Source: Eledone cirrhosa (Eukaryota). From it: 64,000 bases of DNA. The stretch is from the NCBI GenBank assembly GCA_964016885.1, contig OZ024742.1, positions 82,832,001-82,896,000 of the forward strand. The letters run 5' to 3'. The translations under genes were made by a program, and so were the position numbers. The notes under the pieces were generated by a model, which worked only from the letters and a program-made list of their open reading frames with translations, made no database searches and was not told the origin of the DNA. Shown piece after piece: positions 1 through 13,617 of this stretch (position 1 is its first letter; each line of letters opens with the position of its first letter).

Positions 1-40
<40 letters not shown>

Positions 41-568
41 ACTATAAACAATTTAATTCTCTTTAACTCCCTACAAATTGACGACATCAAATCTACGAAT
101 CAAAACTGATCAAGGAATCCTTCCATCTTCACCCCTCCCGACATCTCCGTTTGTCCCTCTACTTCCTAATTATGTTACCCCTTCCTCTCTTTAGCAAATA
201 CGATTAAAAAAAAATGTTTTTTTTATATATTAAGAACCTTTTACAAGTAACTTATTCATTATTTTGAAAATTTGGAGGTGAATAAGAGTCATTATCGAGT
301 GGCTGCTATTTGCAGTATAGCGATATCAGGTTGCGCTTACCAATGAAACGGTCGTAACTACCTGGATAAAATCCTTTTTTTAATGCTTACCTGTGTTTTC
401 TCTTTCATTCTTTATACTCTAAACTGAACGTGATTTACTAACCACATTCTTACAAACTTGTGGAGTTAGCCCTAACCGTACGTTGGAAACCGTTGGAAAC
501 CGTCCAAGAATCTTAACAACGAACTGGATTACAATAAGCAATTTTCTGCTTTCCTAACTATATATATA

Positions 569-750
569 TATTAGTTATGTAATAAACAACATAAGATAAT
601 TATTTCATTTACCAGTGGTTTTTGGAAAGCAGATATATCTGCTTTCAGTCGTCAGATGTTTTTATTAAATATGGATTTGAAAACAAAATATAAGAAATAT
701 GAAAGTGAGGCTGAGGAAACAACGGACGAAGAAGAAGGGAAAATAAAGAA

Positions 751-799
<49 letters not shown>

Positions 800-1350
800 A
801 ATAAATAAACAAACATACACACACTCAACCACGCGCATATACTTAAACAGTACGTAGACATATGCTGTCACATAAGCGTATATGTATCAACCGACATGGA
901 CGAAATACATACACATACATCTACATGAAGTAATACGGATAAATAAATAAATGAATAAGAACAAAAAATATTCAAAGTCAAAAATAAAATAAAATAAAAT
1001 AGAGAGAGGATGCGCGTTGACAACGATACGAGGGAGGTGGGGGTAGGGGATTAAAAACAAAATATTTGTTATAATATATATATATATATATATGTTCTTT
1101 TTTCCCTTCTTCTTCGACCGTTGTTTCCTCAGCCTCACTTTCATATTTCTTATATTTTGTTTTCAAATCCATATTTAATAAAAACACCATGTTTTATTAA
1201 TTCTGACGACTGAAAGCAGATATATCTGCTTTCCAAAAACCACTGGTAAATGAAATAATTATCTTATGTTGTTTATTACATAACTAATAAGCTCCGTAAC
1301 CTACATAGAGCACTCTTTTTTCCTGTACCTTACCGGTGGAATCTCTTCAT
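569..1350. mobile_element. Fold-back insert (~175-190 bp inverted arms 569-743 / 1100-1289), PLE 3'-end-like, with a degenerate HHR in each arm
   Basis: Arms are near-perfect reverse complements; the right arm runs on ~60 bp to (CA)n(TA)n; motif CTGACGA-hairpin(GAAAGCAGA TATA TCTGCTTTC)-AAAAACCACTGGTA. Confidence 0.7.
1197..1254 (+). ncRNA. Degenerate type I hammerhead motif (G12 apparently mutated to A)
   Basis: CUGACGA core, 9-bp stem II, stem III ACC-ACU-GGU-A; mirror copy on the minus strand ~605-656. Confidence 0.45.
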
Positions 1351-1351
1351 T

Positions 1352-1426
<75 letters not shown>

Positions 1427-2909
1427 ATAACTATCTGTAGTTGTACATATGAGTACGTGAGTCTCACATCAAGTTAAAATCAATGCACCAGTAATTAGGC
1501 CGCGAAAAAGATTCACTAATCTTTGACACTACGATGTGAATGAAAACAGGACATTTTTAATGGGTCATGTTTGAGTCTATTAGTAAGTCATGGGTAAGTA
1601 CTTCAAATTCAACGAATGGCTTTTCTTTATTCTTTGTTCATGATTTCATCTATATGTCACTGGAAAAATCCGTATACAATTTCACTTATTTTGAACCATA
1701 TCTATGCAAGTGTGCATCTGAAAATTGAAACGAACAGAAATATCAATATATGCTATATCAACTTCAGTGTGAATAATATTGACAATAATACTTTCTATGT
1801 ATTTGTTTTTCACTAGAGCCTATGCCATGGTTTTTAATTGTAAGATTTTAAATAATTCATAGTTTCTATATCTTTAGCAAAGGCGTCAGTATATCAAATA
1901 TGTTTTAATTTGATGCTCTTGTTTGATTTTCACTAACTTCCTTTTTCTGAAATATAATTTTTTAATACATTTTATACTTGTTTATATTTTATGGTTTCTT
2001 ATATGTTTCATTAATTACTTCACCGAAGTTCTTTGCTAAGATTTATATTAGTTTTGTCTTCAATAATCTAGTTTACTTTAGACTTCTTAATTGTATTTTC
2101 CGTTCTCTGACTTTTCGACATTTATATATTTACATATTGAATTAGTTTGAATTATTCTTTATACATTTACAAAATGCATACGCATATGTTATTTGTATAT
2201 ATTGTCTAGTTTTTGCGATAAACTTTCTTTGATCGTCTTAGCCTGCCAGAATAAACACAAGTTTCTAATTAATCGAATTAGCAAATAATATAATATTTTT
2301 AATTAGAATATAGTTTATCTCTAATTACTCATCAGTATCGGATTCCAAATTTGAAACATTCACATTTATATTCAATTCGCTTAATCTCATTTATCTAACC
2401 TAAGTTATTAATTCTAGGCAGTAGATCGTAAAAATGCTGACACATCTCCTCTAACCTGTTTCACTCAATAACACATTTTAACGATCGATGTCTTATTCGT
2501 CAGTCATCTACAGCAATATATAATTAGCGCAAATGAATATAGCTATAGAAATTATTTGCAGATGAAAAGTAACTAATCATGATTGCTTCATGGATTATAT
2601 TTCACAAAAACGTATTTGCTTCGGAACTAACGTATATACGTATGAAATATCGTTGGCATTATATACTGGATTCTCTCAGTGTATGTGTGCTTCGAGAAAC
2701 AATGTGTATGTGTTTAAATGTGCGAGCTTTTGGGGATGATACTGTAAATATGCCAAAAATGTATAATATCTGGTGTGTGGGTTCGAATCACGTCATGTGC
2801 ACAGAAAATGACATTCCGTGCTGCTACCACCAATGGTAATACACTTTGAAACCACTGTGTTACTTCCTTAGGCTCATATTTTAAACACACACACATATTT
2901 ATATATATA

Positions 2910-3070
2910 TTTCGACGGCTAATTCTGGACTAGTCCAGAATTAGCCGTCGAAACGGCTTGAGCTCAGCCGTCGGGGTCCTACTTGTTACTATTACCCACT
3001 CTACTACCCTAAGTATTGAGTACTTTGGTGCGTTATGGTCCATCTGGTTCCTTACCACATTTCCTTCGTT
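2910..3070 (+). mobile_element. Short PLE-3'-end-like repeat starting with a perfect 44-bp palindrome and carrying the 3' half of an HHR
   Basis: Palindrome TTTCGACGGCTAATTCTGGACT|AGTCCAGAATTAGCCGTCGAAA (2910-2953), then GAAA-CGGCT-loop-AGCCG-TC; the same 3' end recurs at 44361-44414 (-) and ~55335-55385 (+), each abutting (TA)n. Confidence 0.6.
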
Positions 3071-3311
3071 ATATATATATATATACATACATTAAAACAT
3101 ATGCATGTATGTATGTAAATATATACATGAACCGTGTATCCGAAGCATTACAAACCTTCCTTTGATTTCAAGGGTTGGCACAATATTCATATTCTTAACT
3201 ATAGTAACTGCTCTTTTCAGGCGTGAGAAGCTAAATGTCTAATTCATACCACAGTATATGACTCATAGAACAGTGCCTCTTTTTTACTTATTGAGGAATA
3301 ACTTGCGCCTG

Positions 3312-3830
3312 ATCAGGCTAAAATTTCTTTTGTCGAAATACGGAGTAAGCTTCGATTTCTATTATCAAACCCGCTCGCTGTTTCGATACACACTTATTTG
3401 TCATCATATCTGCTAAGAATGTAGCTTCTAATCTGAATGAAAAGAGATGGATGATGTGTCGATGTAATGGTACTACATTGGTCTGAATAACCAATACTCA
3501 TCGTTTTACATTTCTTCGAGGGTTCTAATCCCCACTATCAGGCTAAAATTTCTTTAGTCAAAATACGGCAAAGCTTCTGATAGTGAGGTTTAGAACTCTC
3601 TAAGAAATGGAAAAATATAAGTATTGACGTACATGGGAGTCGAACCCACATCTTTGCTTATCCAGACCACTGTGTGACCATTACACCAAAACATCACCCA
3701 TCTCTTTCCGTTCAAATTAGGAGCTACATACTTAGCAGGGATGATGATAAGTATGTTTTCAAAAAGCAAGCAAGTTTAAAAATACAAATAGAATCTTTCG
3801 CTTCATTTTGACCAAAGAAAATTTAGCCTG
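3312..3830. repeat. Old diverged inverted pair of a ~225-270 bp tRNA-containing unit
   Basis: TCAGGCTAAAATTTCTT at ~3313 and ~3538, with its reverse complement at ~3814-3830; 3313-3540 is a degenerate reverse complement of 3577-3830. Confidence 0.6.
3625..3695 (-). pseudogene. tRNA-derived sequence (SINE head or tRNA pseudogene)
   Basis: Minus strand reads GATGTTTTGGTGTAATGG (A box) ... GGGTTCGACTCCC (B box) ... ACGTCA; anticodon arm poorly paired. Confidence 0.55.
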
Positions 3831-6452
3831 AGAGAACATTCTAAAAGGCATGCAGTATGAAGTTTTTACGTACAAATAAATGTGGATTGATGTATATCAC
3901 ATTTAGTTTGGTTATTAAGATTGATCCAATCCAGATCTGGGACATGTTCTCATGTAGCAAACATGTACTGTATAGCTGGGATCTGTGTAACAAATTTATT
4001 TTTGTTGTAAAGTTCTGAATTATTATGGCAAGTAAAATAGGTGTAGTAGATCATAGTTTGAATCGCCAAAGAAACTCACGCGAGACTGTTCATATAGGTA
4101 TTTCGTTAGTGGTTGCATCGGTAAACAGATGAGAGTAAGTGTGGAATTGATTAGCTGGGAATTCAGTCTTGTTTTAATTTCAGATCTAACATTGACTATA
4201 TTGACGGGATAGTATATAAAGGTTTCACAGAAACCTGTTAATCATGAAGATTCGTACAAAAGGTATTGAAAGTAACGCATTTAGTCATGTGAAAGATGCT
4301 GAGATTGATGCTTTGTTTCAAGGAATGTTTTATAGAAATTGATTTGGCAGCCGTTCTTCGCTCATTCCGCGCTAGATTAAATTATAATTATTCTAGACAA
4401 CATCCATACCACCGAATGGAATATTAAAAATTTGAAGATTAGGGAGGAAATTCCGATTAATATTTTAAAGTAGAATATGAAAAGCAACCTCATGTTACAT
4501 AATTGGATACGCTTGTAATAACTCTAACATTTGAACACGGACCTATAAACATCAGTGTTTATGTATTACCTATTCACGTGATATAGGGTTGAATATGACA
4601 TGAAACATAGAATTAGGATGCAAAATTTTAAAACAATATACATCTATTTCAATATATGCTTCGAATAAAACAAAATAATCTAGAACACACTCCGGTACAC
4701 ACAAATACACAAACACACACAAACACACACGCACGCACATACACACACCCACACACACATATATACACACACCACATATGTCCTGAACCCCTGGGCGCGA
4801 CATCGTCTCATCTCTGTACACTTGCTTCAGTATTACGAGTGCTTCTGGCGAAATTTATCCCAGTCGGACCAGAAACTTCAGTTCGGTTCATTGGTTTGTT
4901 ACCATCGCTCGACGGCCTAAAATTAAGGAGCTGTTAACACAAAAACTTTAAATATATATATATACAATGGCTGCAGAGAGCTGAGATCGCAGTTATGTAC
5001 TCTCCAGATATTATTCCACACTGTCATGTAGCATGCTTATATCCACCCCACGTATAGCTTACACAGCACACTAAGTCACGTTACTTTTCTGAAAAAGCCT
5101 CGTATCATTGCAGATCTACCTAGAATTTTCCTTTAAATAGCATATGGATCATTAAAGCAGTATGCATGGTCACTCTAACAACAAAATTCCTACAGAGAGG
5201 AGCTACATATTCGATTGGTATTTTTAATCATTTGATTTCTTCATGTTCAAGCACAACCTCCATGTTTACTATCTCGACTACAGTTAAGTAGGGTACTCAA
5301 ACGTTTCAGATCATTGTTTTAATTAATTAATAATTGTTTCCTTATCGCCAGTGAATTGCCTTCTGTTGAAAAGGTTTCATATTATGATTTTTTTTTTCTA
5401 TGAACAGCCAGTTTGCGGCTGTGTTTAATTTTATTTTTCAGATCAGTTTTCTGTCGTGAATTTATTTTCTATGAATTTGTAAACAAATTTTATCCTAGAT
5501 ATTTTTTTCAAGAAGTAGTTTTTAGTATATGATAATGTTTATTCTTTCGTGAAGGAGGATGCAACCTAAGAAAAATATATAATATTCCTTCTAGGTATGA
5601 ATGTGTTTCTCCAAAATCTAAACTAGAACGATATCAAGAAAAGATCTGCAATCCGAGGAGATATGACACACAGATCGGTAAGCCGCTAGACAAATGTTAA
5701 TCTAATAAGTCTGAAACGGTAGATGAACTGCGTGTCTATTAAAATATCATGCCTCAGGCCTAGGTGAAACGTTGGAGTTTAGCCTCAGGCCTAGGCGAAA
5801 CGTTGGAGTTTAGATCACAAATAACGTATCAATCTCTCAGTCTACCCATAATCAGTTCAGTTCATAATCGATGAAAACATTTTGGGTAATAATTTCTCAT
5901 CAATGATAAACCAATGTTCTAAATAAATATACATAAAAGATATTGGTAGAGATAGCTGTTGATGTCTTTCACAATTATTCTGATATTAATTTGTGACTAT
6001 GATGGTGGGTGAAGGATACACTCATGGCCACAACGAGCTGTAGGGATGCCATGACTCGTTAGCCTCCCATTGATTTAAAATATTTGTGGGTGGACACAAA
6101 TAATATCGAGAGAAAGTATTGTACTGATTAATAAAACAAAGATATTTCCAAACAAATATTTAGAAATATTCATGACTATTGTGTCGTACCAGAATAACAA
6201 TTAAGATATTTCATCAAATACATAATCTTCGCTTATAATCAGACACGTTAGTTAATGTTTTAATATACCTCTATGTTGGGATTTAATGTAAATTTATGAA
6301 TCATATAAATTCTATGAATGGAATGCAGAACTGAAAGCACATTCTAATAATAATAATAATAATAGAAAACACGAATGTGAGAAAAGCAAGGAATATTCTA
6401 GACCTCGTAAGTCAGGTAATTCTATGTATTTGGAAAGAATATGAAAGGAATA

Positions 6453-6460
<8 letters not shown>

Positions 6461-6550
<90 letters not shown>

Positions 6551-6670
6551 GTGTATGTGTGTCTGTCTGTGTATATATATATATATGCGCGCGCGTGTTT
6601 GTACGCACGTGTTGGCGTGTGTGTATTTGTGTGTGTGTGACGGTGTGTGAGCCTGAGTGTATGTGTGTGG
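6461..6670. repeat. Compound (TG)n/(TCTG)n microsatellite
   Basis: Direct inspection. Confidence 0.95.
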
Positions 6671-7329
6671 GAAATGCATTGGTGTACGTATGCATACATT
6701 TCTGACCTAATATACAATTATATTTGTAGTTACACCGACATAAACACAAACACACGCTCATTTACACATAGACATTCACACGCATACATATAGATATGTA
6801 TGTATGTACGTTTGTATATATATATTTTTATTTATGTATTTATATATCTATTAATGTCTGTTGGTCTGCACGTATGTATCTTTGTATATATTTATGTACG
6901 ATTGAATAGATATCTTTATATATTTAATTAACTGGGAGAAATCACTAAACAATTAAGCCTACATCACGCAAAGATGGTGTACAATAGAAATTGTCATGAA
7001 ACGTATATAATTACCTCATCATCCTACTGAATAAACATATAGCTTTCATATACATTACGGAAAGAGAAAGATAAAAAGATTCTCTAGTTATATATTATAT
7101 AAAATAGGTTACTGTGATGATATTTGAAAGAAAATTCAATATCACGCTAGCAAGTGGAGATCTCATATTTTATAAATCTTTCATTAACACTACCCTTGAC
7201 AAATTTACAGAGCAATGGGTATATCATATGTAACATAGAAATGTAGCTGTAGAGTAAATGTAGCTGATGAATAAAAGCTCTAAAATTGCTGATGAATACA
7301 CACGTGCTTTTTCTAAAAAAATGTTTTCC

Positions 7330-7480
7330 CTTATTTTCTCTTCTCACTCTCTATTTCTCTATTTATCTTTCATTCCTCATTTTTCGTCTGATGAAGGTCT
7401 AGTGTCCGAAATCTTGAAACACTTTTCCTACTATATCTAAAGCTAACTATTAGATTATTTCGTTTACACAGTCTCTGACT
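7330..7480 (+). mobile_element. Decayed PLE-3'-end-like repeat with HHR remnant (family of 43545-43650 and 35070-35170)
   Basis: CTGATGAAGGTCTAGTGTCCGAAA at 7388-7411; similar context to the minus-strand copy at 43603-43638. Confidence 0.45.
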
Positions 7481-8224
7481 TTCAACCATCCGTATCCGCA
7501 TACACCCTACCTCTAGCAATGCAGACGTCGTGCTTTGGGTTGAAATATCGGTAAAGAGCAAATCACATTTGTTGCGTTGCCTTTCCTAAACTCCTCTTCT
7601 AGATATCAAACTAGCTCGCCCTGAAGTCAAGGTTCCTCTAATTTCCGAGAAACTAGATCCTTTACATAAACATTCATAAATACTATCTTTTCATTTTGCA
7701 ACTCAAAGACTCACGTTATAATTCTCAAAAGACATAATCTGCTTTAAGCGAAAACATACAGGAGAGAGTGTAGCCAAAACAATGCGTCATCAGAGTTGCC
7801 ATCTCACATTTTCACTTAATTACTTATTTGTTTCTAATATCTTTTTTTGTTTTAACCTTTTATTTTATTGTGGATTCATTGATGTCTTGGATTTATTTTA
7901 ACTAGATTCTGCCAAACAGTCCCCCATCTTCTTGTTGCTATACTGTCATTCTGTCATTTTAGTTTCTAATTATGGAAAAAAGATGCTGTGTATTTTTCTC
8001 CAATGGGATTTGCAACAACTTTTCGAAGTTTTGTTAAAACGCGGTCTTCCTTAACGTGGACATGATATTTGTAATTTATGAAGTTTCAATCCTAAGAACA
8101 GTGATCAGTAGAAAAGATGTGGATATACGTGGTTACTCAGCAACGTTATCGTCTGTGCAGCTTATCTGGAATCCAGGAAAAAAGTAGTCATCTGCCATTG
8201 CAATAATTTTGATTAACTCCTACA

Positions 8225-8640
8225 GAGATGTTGATGGTGTGAGTATTTTTATTTGTTATAGTAATGTTTATAACGATAACGATGGGCAAAATGTTGACTA
8301 TAATGACGATGATGAATTTGGTGATAAGGAAGTCAATTATGATGATGATAATGAGGTGTAGGAGGAGGATAATATTGCTAATAAAGATAATGACAAGGAG
8401 GGCGGGGGTAATGAGGATAACAGTGACAGCACTGATGATGATAATGATGACGGTGATGATGACGATGATGATTTTGTTGTTTATCCTGCCGATGATAATG
8501 ATGATGATGGTGGTGATATGCGGATAATTATGCTGATGATGATGATGATGCCCTATGATGATGATGTTGCTGCTGATGATGATGTTGTTGATGATGTTGA
8601 TGACCACCATCATCATGATGGTGGTTATGCTGAAAATGCT
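8225..8640. repeat. Degenerate (GAT)n low-complexity tract
   Basis: GATGAT-rich; explains ORFs 8188-8670 and 8264-8527. Confidence 0.9.
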
Positions 8641-9607
8641 GCTACTTGTTAGTTTATCTGAAAATGTCACTGAAGATGCGTTCCTTTTATTAATGCTGAT
8701 TATATCTATTTTGTTTTAATGCTATTAGTCAGTGTCTTCTATTGACACAAGTTAAGATTGTTGTCACATTTATGTTGTCGGTATTAATTTTTCTATCTTG
8801 TTTTCATTCTTGTTTTGGTTGCTTTTAATACATTTTAATATTTGTGTTGCTCTGGTGAGTTGCTCGAGTATTATTTCTTATAGTCCTTCCTTTGACGAAT
8901 GTGTGCATTAGTTGTTAAAGATGTATTTGTTATGGTTGTTGATGTTTTCGTTATTGTTTATATCAGCTCAACAGTGAAATAGTCATACTGATTGTTGGTA
9001 TTGTGGTCTTTGCTTTTGTTTGTGCTGTTTATTATGGGCAGTTCTCGTTCTCGTTCGGTATGCTACTGTTGGAAACAGCTAGCTGGTGCCAGCCGTCTGC
9101 GTTCAAAATTCAAAGCTTTCAAAATATTTATTCGCAATCATACTCTATATAATTAGATATACACATACATAAATATGTGTATGCGTGTATGTGTATTTGT
9201 GTGTGAGTGTGTGTGTATGTTTATACATGGATGTATAAACAGATACACGCACATATATATATATATGTATATACATTTCTACACGCAGAACACATTTGAG
9301 TATCTGTGATAATATAGAGTATTGAAAAAGATGTGCACTGTTATTTTGCACACCGCACCACATAGTTGTACAACGCTTGTGTTACCGAGCAGAATACACA
9401 TGTGTTATTTTTATAATGTGTGTAGTTGTTTGTGTTGCTATTTTATTTACTATAATCATGAAATTTGAAACCTGATAATACATGTTACATTTATTAGTAT
9501 TTTTCTCTGCTTCCCTTTATGGTTTTTATAATTGCCTTTATTCAGAATTTAAATATAGATTTGTCATATTCTATCCAGCTTGACTATAACTATATATATA
9601 TATATAT

Positions 9608-10316
9608 GATGTTTATAGCTCTGGTATCTTCAATACAATTCGGAAGTTGCGTCTCGCTAATTTCTACCCGCCGAAATGCGATTCTCGCTGAATTTATATG
9701 TGTATTAATCTCCCAAGTCTAGCGATTAAGCAGTTAATTTTGGGGGCTTTTTTAATTAATTCTATTGACTGATTAATCGCTTAAGTTTATTGTAAAAACC
9801 ACTCGGTGGCGAGCTTAATTCGTTTTGTGCTATTTTTGCAAATGTTTGCAATAACTACACATGCTGAATTCACTGGCCAAAATAGAGGTTTTCTCCCCTT
9901 AGAACCTCCCATGTGCTTTCATACCCTGTGAGATTCTGGCGCACGAAGAACAAAATGCCTGTTGAGAAAGTGATTCCTTGTTCGATTATTATAACAAAAG
10001 CCTATTATGTTTTATAAGCAGACTGTATTGTTGATTTAGGTGTCGCAGAAACCCTATATCGGTGTATACCATCTTCCCCGAGAGTCCGGGTAACCATTTC
10101 AATCATATCTTATTTTGTTTGGCCCGTTTAGCTTGTTCGGTTTTTTAGCTTAGGTGGTTAATGGCCTCTTAACCATCGTCTCAGTTTTGTATGACCTTAT
10201 TAACTTATGTTTATAGCTCTGGTATCTTCATATCCATAGTGAGCTTGTCAACACAATTCGGAAGTTGCGTTCCGGTAATTTCTACCCGCCGAAATGCGAT
10301 TCTCGCTGAATTTATA
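9608..10316 (+). repeat. ~90-110 bp direct repeats (9608-9698, 10207-10316) bounding a ~700-bp (TA)n-flanked segment
   Basis: ATGTTTATAGCTCTGGTATCTTCA...CAATTCGGAAGTTGCGT...ATTTCTACCCGCCGAAATGCGATTCTCGCTGAATTTATA occurs twice; the first copy has an ~20-bp deletion. Confidence 0.75.
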
Positions 10317-10318
10317 TT

Positions 10319-10320
<2 letters not shown>

Positions 10321-10410
<90 letters not shown>

Positions 10411-10417
10411 CGTATAT

Positions 10418-10491
<74 letters not shown>

Positions 10492-10508
10492 TATATATAT
10501 ACGTATAT

Positions 10509-10580
<72 letters not shown>

Positions 10581-10597
10581 TATATATATACGTATAT

Positions 10598-10649
<52 letters not shown>

Positions 10650-10666
10650 TATATATATACGTATAT

Positions 10667-10726
<60 letters not shown>

Positions 10727-10741
10727 TATATATACGTATAT

Positions 10742-10784
<43 letters not shown>

Positions 10785-10790
10785 GTATAT

Positions 10791-10842
<52 letters not shown>

Positions 10843-10845
10843 CAA

Positions 10846-10900
<55 letters not shown>
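10321..10900. repeat. Long (TA)n tract with 6 recurring ACGTATATTATG interruptions
   Basis: Motif at ~10410, 10501, 10590, 10659, 10734, 10783. Confidence 0.9.
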
Positions 10901-10903
<3 letters not shown>

Positions 10904-13484
10904 TTATACTGATGAAGAGAGGGAGAGAGAAAAAATACAGAGAGTATATTAAAGTTACAAAAATATACAAATATGTGAACATTTAATTTTTTAAAAGTGT
11001 GAAATCTGTGATTTGAATTGTGGAATCTGAAAAATAATGTCTAGAGTATCTGAAAGAAATAACATTCTGTCATGAAAATGTTTTTCCTTTTGCATGATAA
11101 AGTTCTGTCATTCTATACGTATACAATCTATCATTATGTATCCATCGTACACTTTCGAAAATAGGTAAAGTATATTTGTTTCTCTTTTCAGTATTCTGAA
11201 ATTCAATTAAATTTGTTTCTTTCTTTCTTTCATTTTTTTATCCACTGTAATTTCCATTGTCCCTCCCCGTTCTCTTTCTCCTATACCCTGTTTAAAATCT
11301 GTTTAAGAGCTTATTTAATCATTTGGTAGCTGTCTTGAACAACAAACAAAAATGAGAATACCTCATCTTGACGCCATACTTACTACACACACACAAACAC
11401 ACATATACGGACACATGCACAGACGCGTACACAGATACACAGATATACACACACATACACACAAGAACAATCATACACACGCACATCATATTGAATCAGT
11501 CTCGGCTGATTGCTTGCGAGGCATGACGAAGGCGGGCCGAGAGATATTTGGCCCAAAAGGCGTATATTTTCGTGTTAGAGGACCAATCGTGTTCGTGCCA
11601 GTCAGATTGTTAAGCAAGGAATAGTCAACTCGCATTGAGAATGGTGTAACCTTCTCCACCAAATCTTAAAATTCATCCGGTGGATGTTTAAATACAACAA
11701 CATCTTATGGAATTTGTTTTGTTGATTCTCTTTCCTTCTCTTTTTTGAGTTTCCAGGAGCACAACACCCTCATATTGGTCGCTGCTACGCGAGTACCTTT
11801 GGTTTCCATTTCGAACGATTGACAAAAAAATGATTTCATAAGTGTTTTGTTGCTTTCAGTCAGTGGACATGCTATTCTGTACCCATTCAAAGATGACTTG
11901 GAGTTCGTTACCTTGGAGCTTGCTACTCCTGGAGCTCGCTATCTTCTCATATTCATCCAAGAAGGTGACGTCGAATCAATGCTCAAAGTCTCCAAAAACA
12001 TTTTATACTCACACACTTGTTTTTAATACTAATGCACACGTATGCAATCAATATGTTTTCATCTGTGTTTTGGGAAGCTACTTTAAATGTTTTGGTATGT
12101 CGTATGTTACTTAATATACATGTTTATATTTACATCTGGTGTTTGAATTACACAACAATTCACATCATCAGTTTTTGTATAAATTTGTCTTCAATGTTAC
12201 CCTTGTATTTTGTCTCCCAACGCCCACCAATTAATTTATTCGTATAGGTAAAATAAAATACATAATATGGCTAATGTTTTGTCAATATTTTTATGTTTCC
12301 TTATTTATTCGATTCTGTAACGAAAACGATCTCGGAACGTTTGAATCTCAAGCGATAAACCTGTAACAAAGAAAGGTTTTTCTTTTAGGGATCATATTTC
12401 GAACAGTTTATGTTTTGTAAAGACTTCTTATTTCTAACGGTAGCTAGCTGGGCGAAGTGCTATTTACAAACACGGTTGTATCCGGTACGTCCCCACAAAA
12501 TCTGATTAGAATTTTGGAACCAGTTGTAAAGAAAATGCAAGTGATTAGTCAAGCCGATAAACAATCATTTACACTTTAACAAATGAAGAGAATCACGATA
12601 TGTATCATGGTGTTAATAAAATTAGCAATGCCGTTAAAGGAAATGAGATGGTCAATATTGATTGGCTCTCAAAAACATAATTACAAGATGTATGGTACGC
12701 TACAAAATGCAGTGCTTCTTAAAATTGACCCAGCAGCATGTGGAAAATGGTACGTCCTGGTAGCTTGCGAAATCAACAAAGCAATTCCAACGTTGTACTG
12801 CATTAAAGTGGTGATACAGAAAATAGACTATTTCCATTGCGCTACGTACGAAATTAAGAACGACATGAAGGCGTTATGCTTAGAGAACAACAAAATAATA
12901 ACAGAAGAGGACGAGAGCAAAGCAGTGTAGAAACTATAACAGTTTAAGACATGAAACATACCGCTGGTTTAAGACATAAATCATATTGCAACTTTCAGGA
13001 TAATTGAAACCTACCTTTTCCTCGGTAGCTCCCTTCCAATGACTGAAGTTTGATGATGAGCTCTCCAGAACAGTAGGAAAAGCGGAACCAATTACTATGG
13101 AAGGAAGAAATGCGAGGTTAGATCAAACGCATACACTAGAAACTAACTAGAAACTAACTCCCACGGTTCTGCTAATTACAAACGAAAGGATAATCATTCA
13201 TCTGAACGACATGACCGAATATTCGAATTACGGTCTTTGCGGCTATCTTATAAACTCTATTGTTTTTGATTTTGTTGTTGATAATTGTATGAATATATTG
13301 TCCGGTAACTCCTGAGGGTGTCAGTGTGGCGCTGCATTAATATACAGCATTTCTAGGAAATGTTTAAGCATGGTGTAGCCCATCCCCTCTCCAGTTCTGA
13401 ATACAGCATATTTCTTCCAGAAAAGGATAGAGAGTGAGGGGATGAAAGTGAGATGGAAACATAGATGGAGAATCGATCGCAGTT

Positions 13485-13617
13485 CTAGTCTGGTACAATT
13501 TTAATCGACTTTAAATGAATAAAAAGCAAAGTTAACCTGGGCTGGATGTGACCTCAGAGAGAAGAGAGTCAGAATAATTCTATCCGAGGTTCTAATGACT
13601 CTGCCAATACGCCAGCT
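13485..13617 (-). mobile_element. Decayed tRNA-derived SINE (same family as 39743-39937)
   Basis: AATCGAC...AAAAGCAAAGTTAACCT...CTCAGA...GACTCTGCCAAT. Confidence 0.55.

Noticed and set aside
3625-3695. Functional tRNA gene
   Set aside because: Anticodon and acceptor arms are imperfect and it sits within a repeat; listed as tRNA-derived only
5751-5813. 31-bp tandem duplication containing GAAACGTT (HHR-like 3' half)
   Set aside because: No CUGANGA core upstream; treated as a simple local duplication
8188-8670. 160-aa Ile-rich 'membrane protein'
   Set aside because: Antisense translation of a degenerate (GAT)n tract
10191-10986. Long ORFs of 230-253 aa, and similar YI/CV/TH/ER-rich ORFs throughout the window
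   Set aside because: Translations of (TA)n, (TG)n, (CA)n and (GA)n microsatellites
11750-12005. Coding-looking stretch, possible host exon
   Set aside because: Stops in the candidate frames, no recognisable domain and no convincing splice pair
12583-13130. 115-aa ORF and possible hAT transposase relic
   Set aside because: No convincing motif by eye; would need tBLASTn
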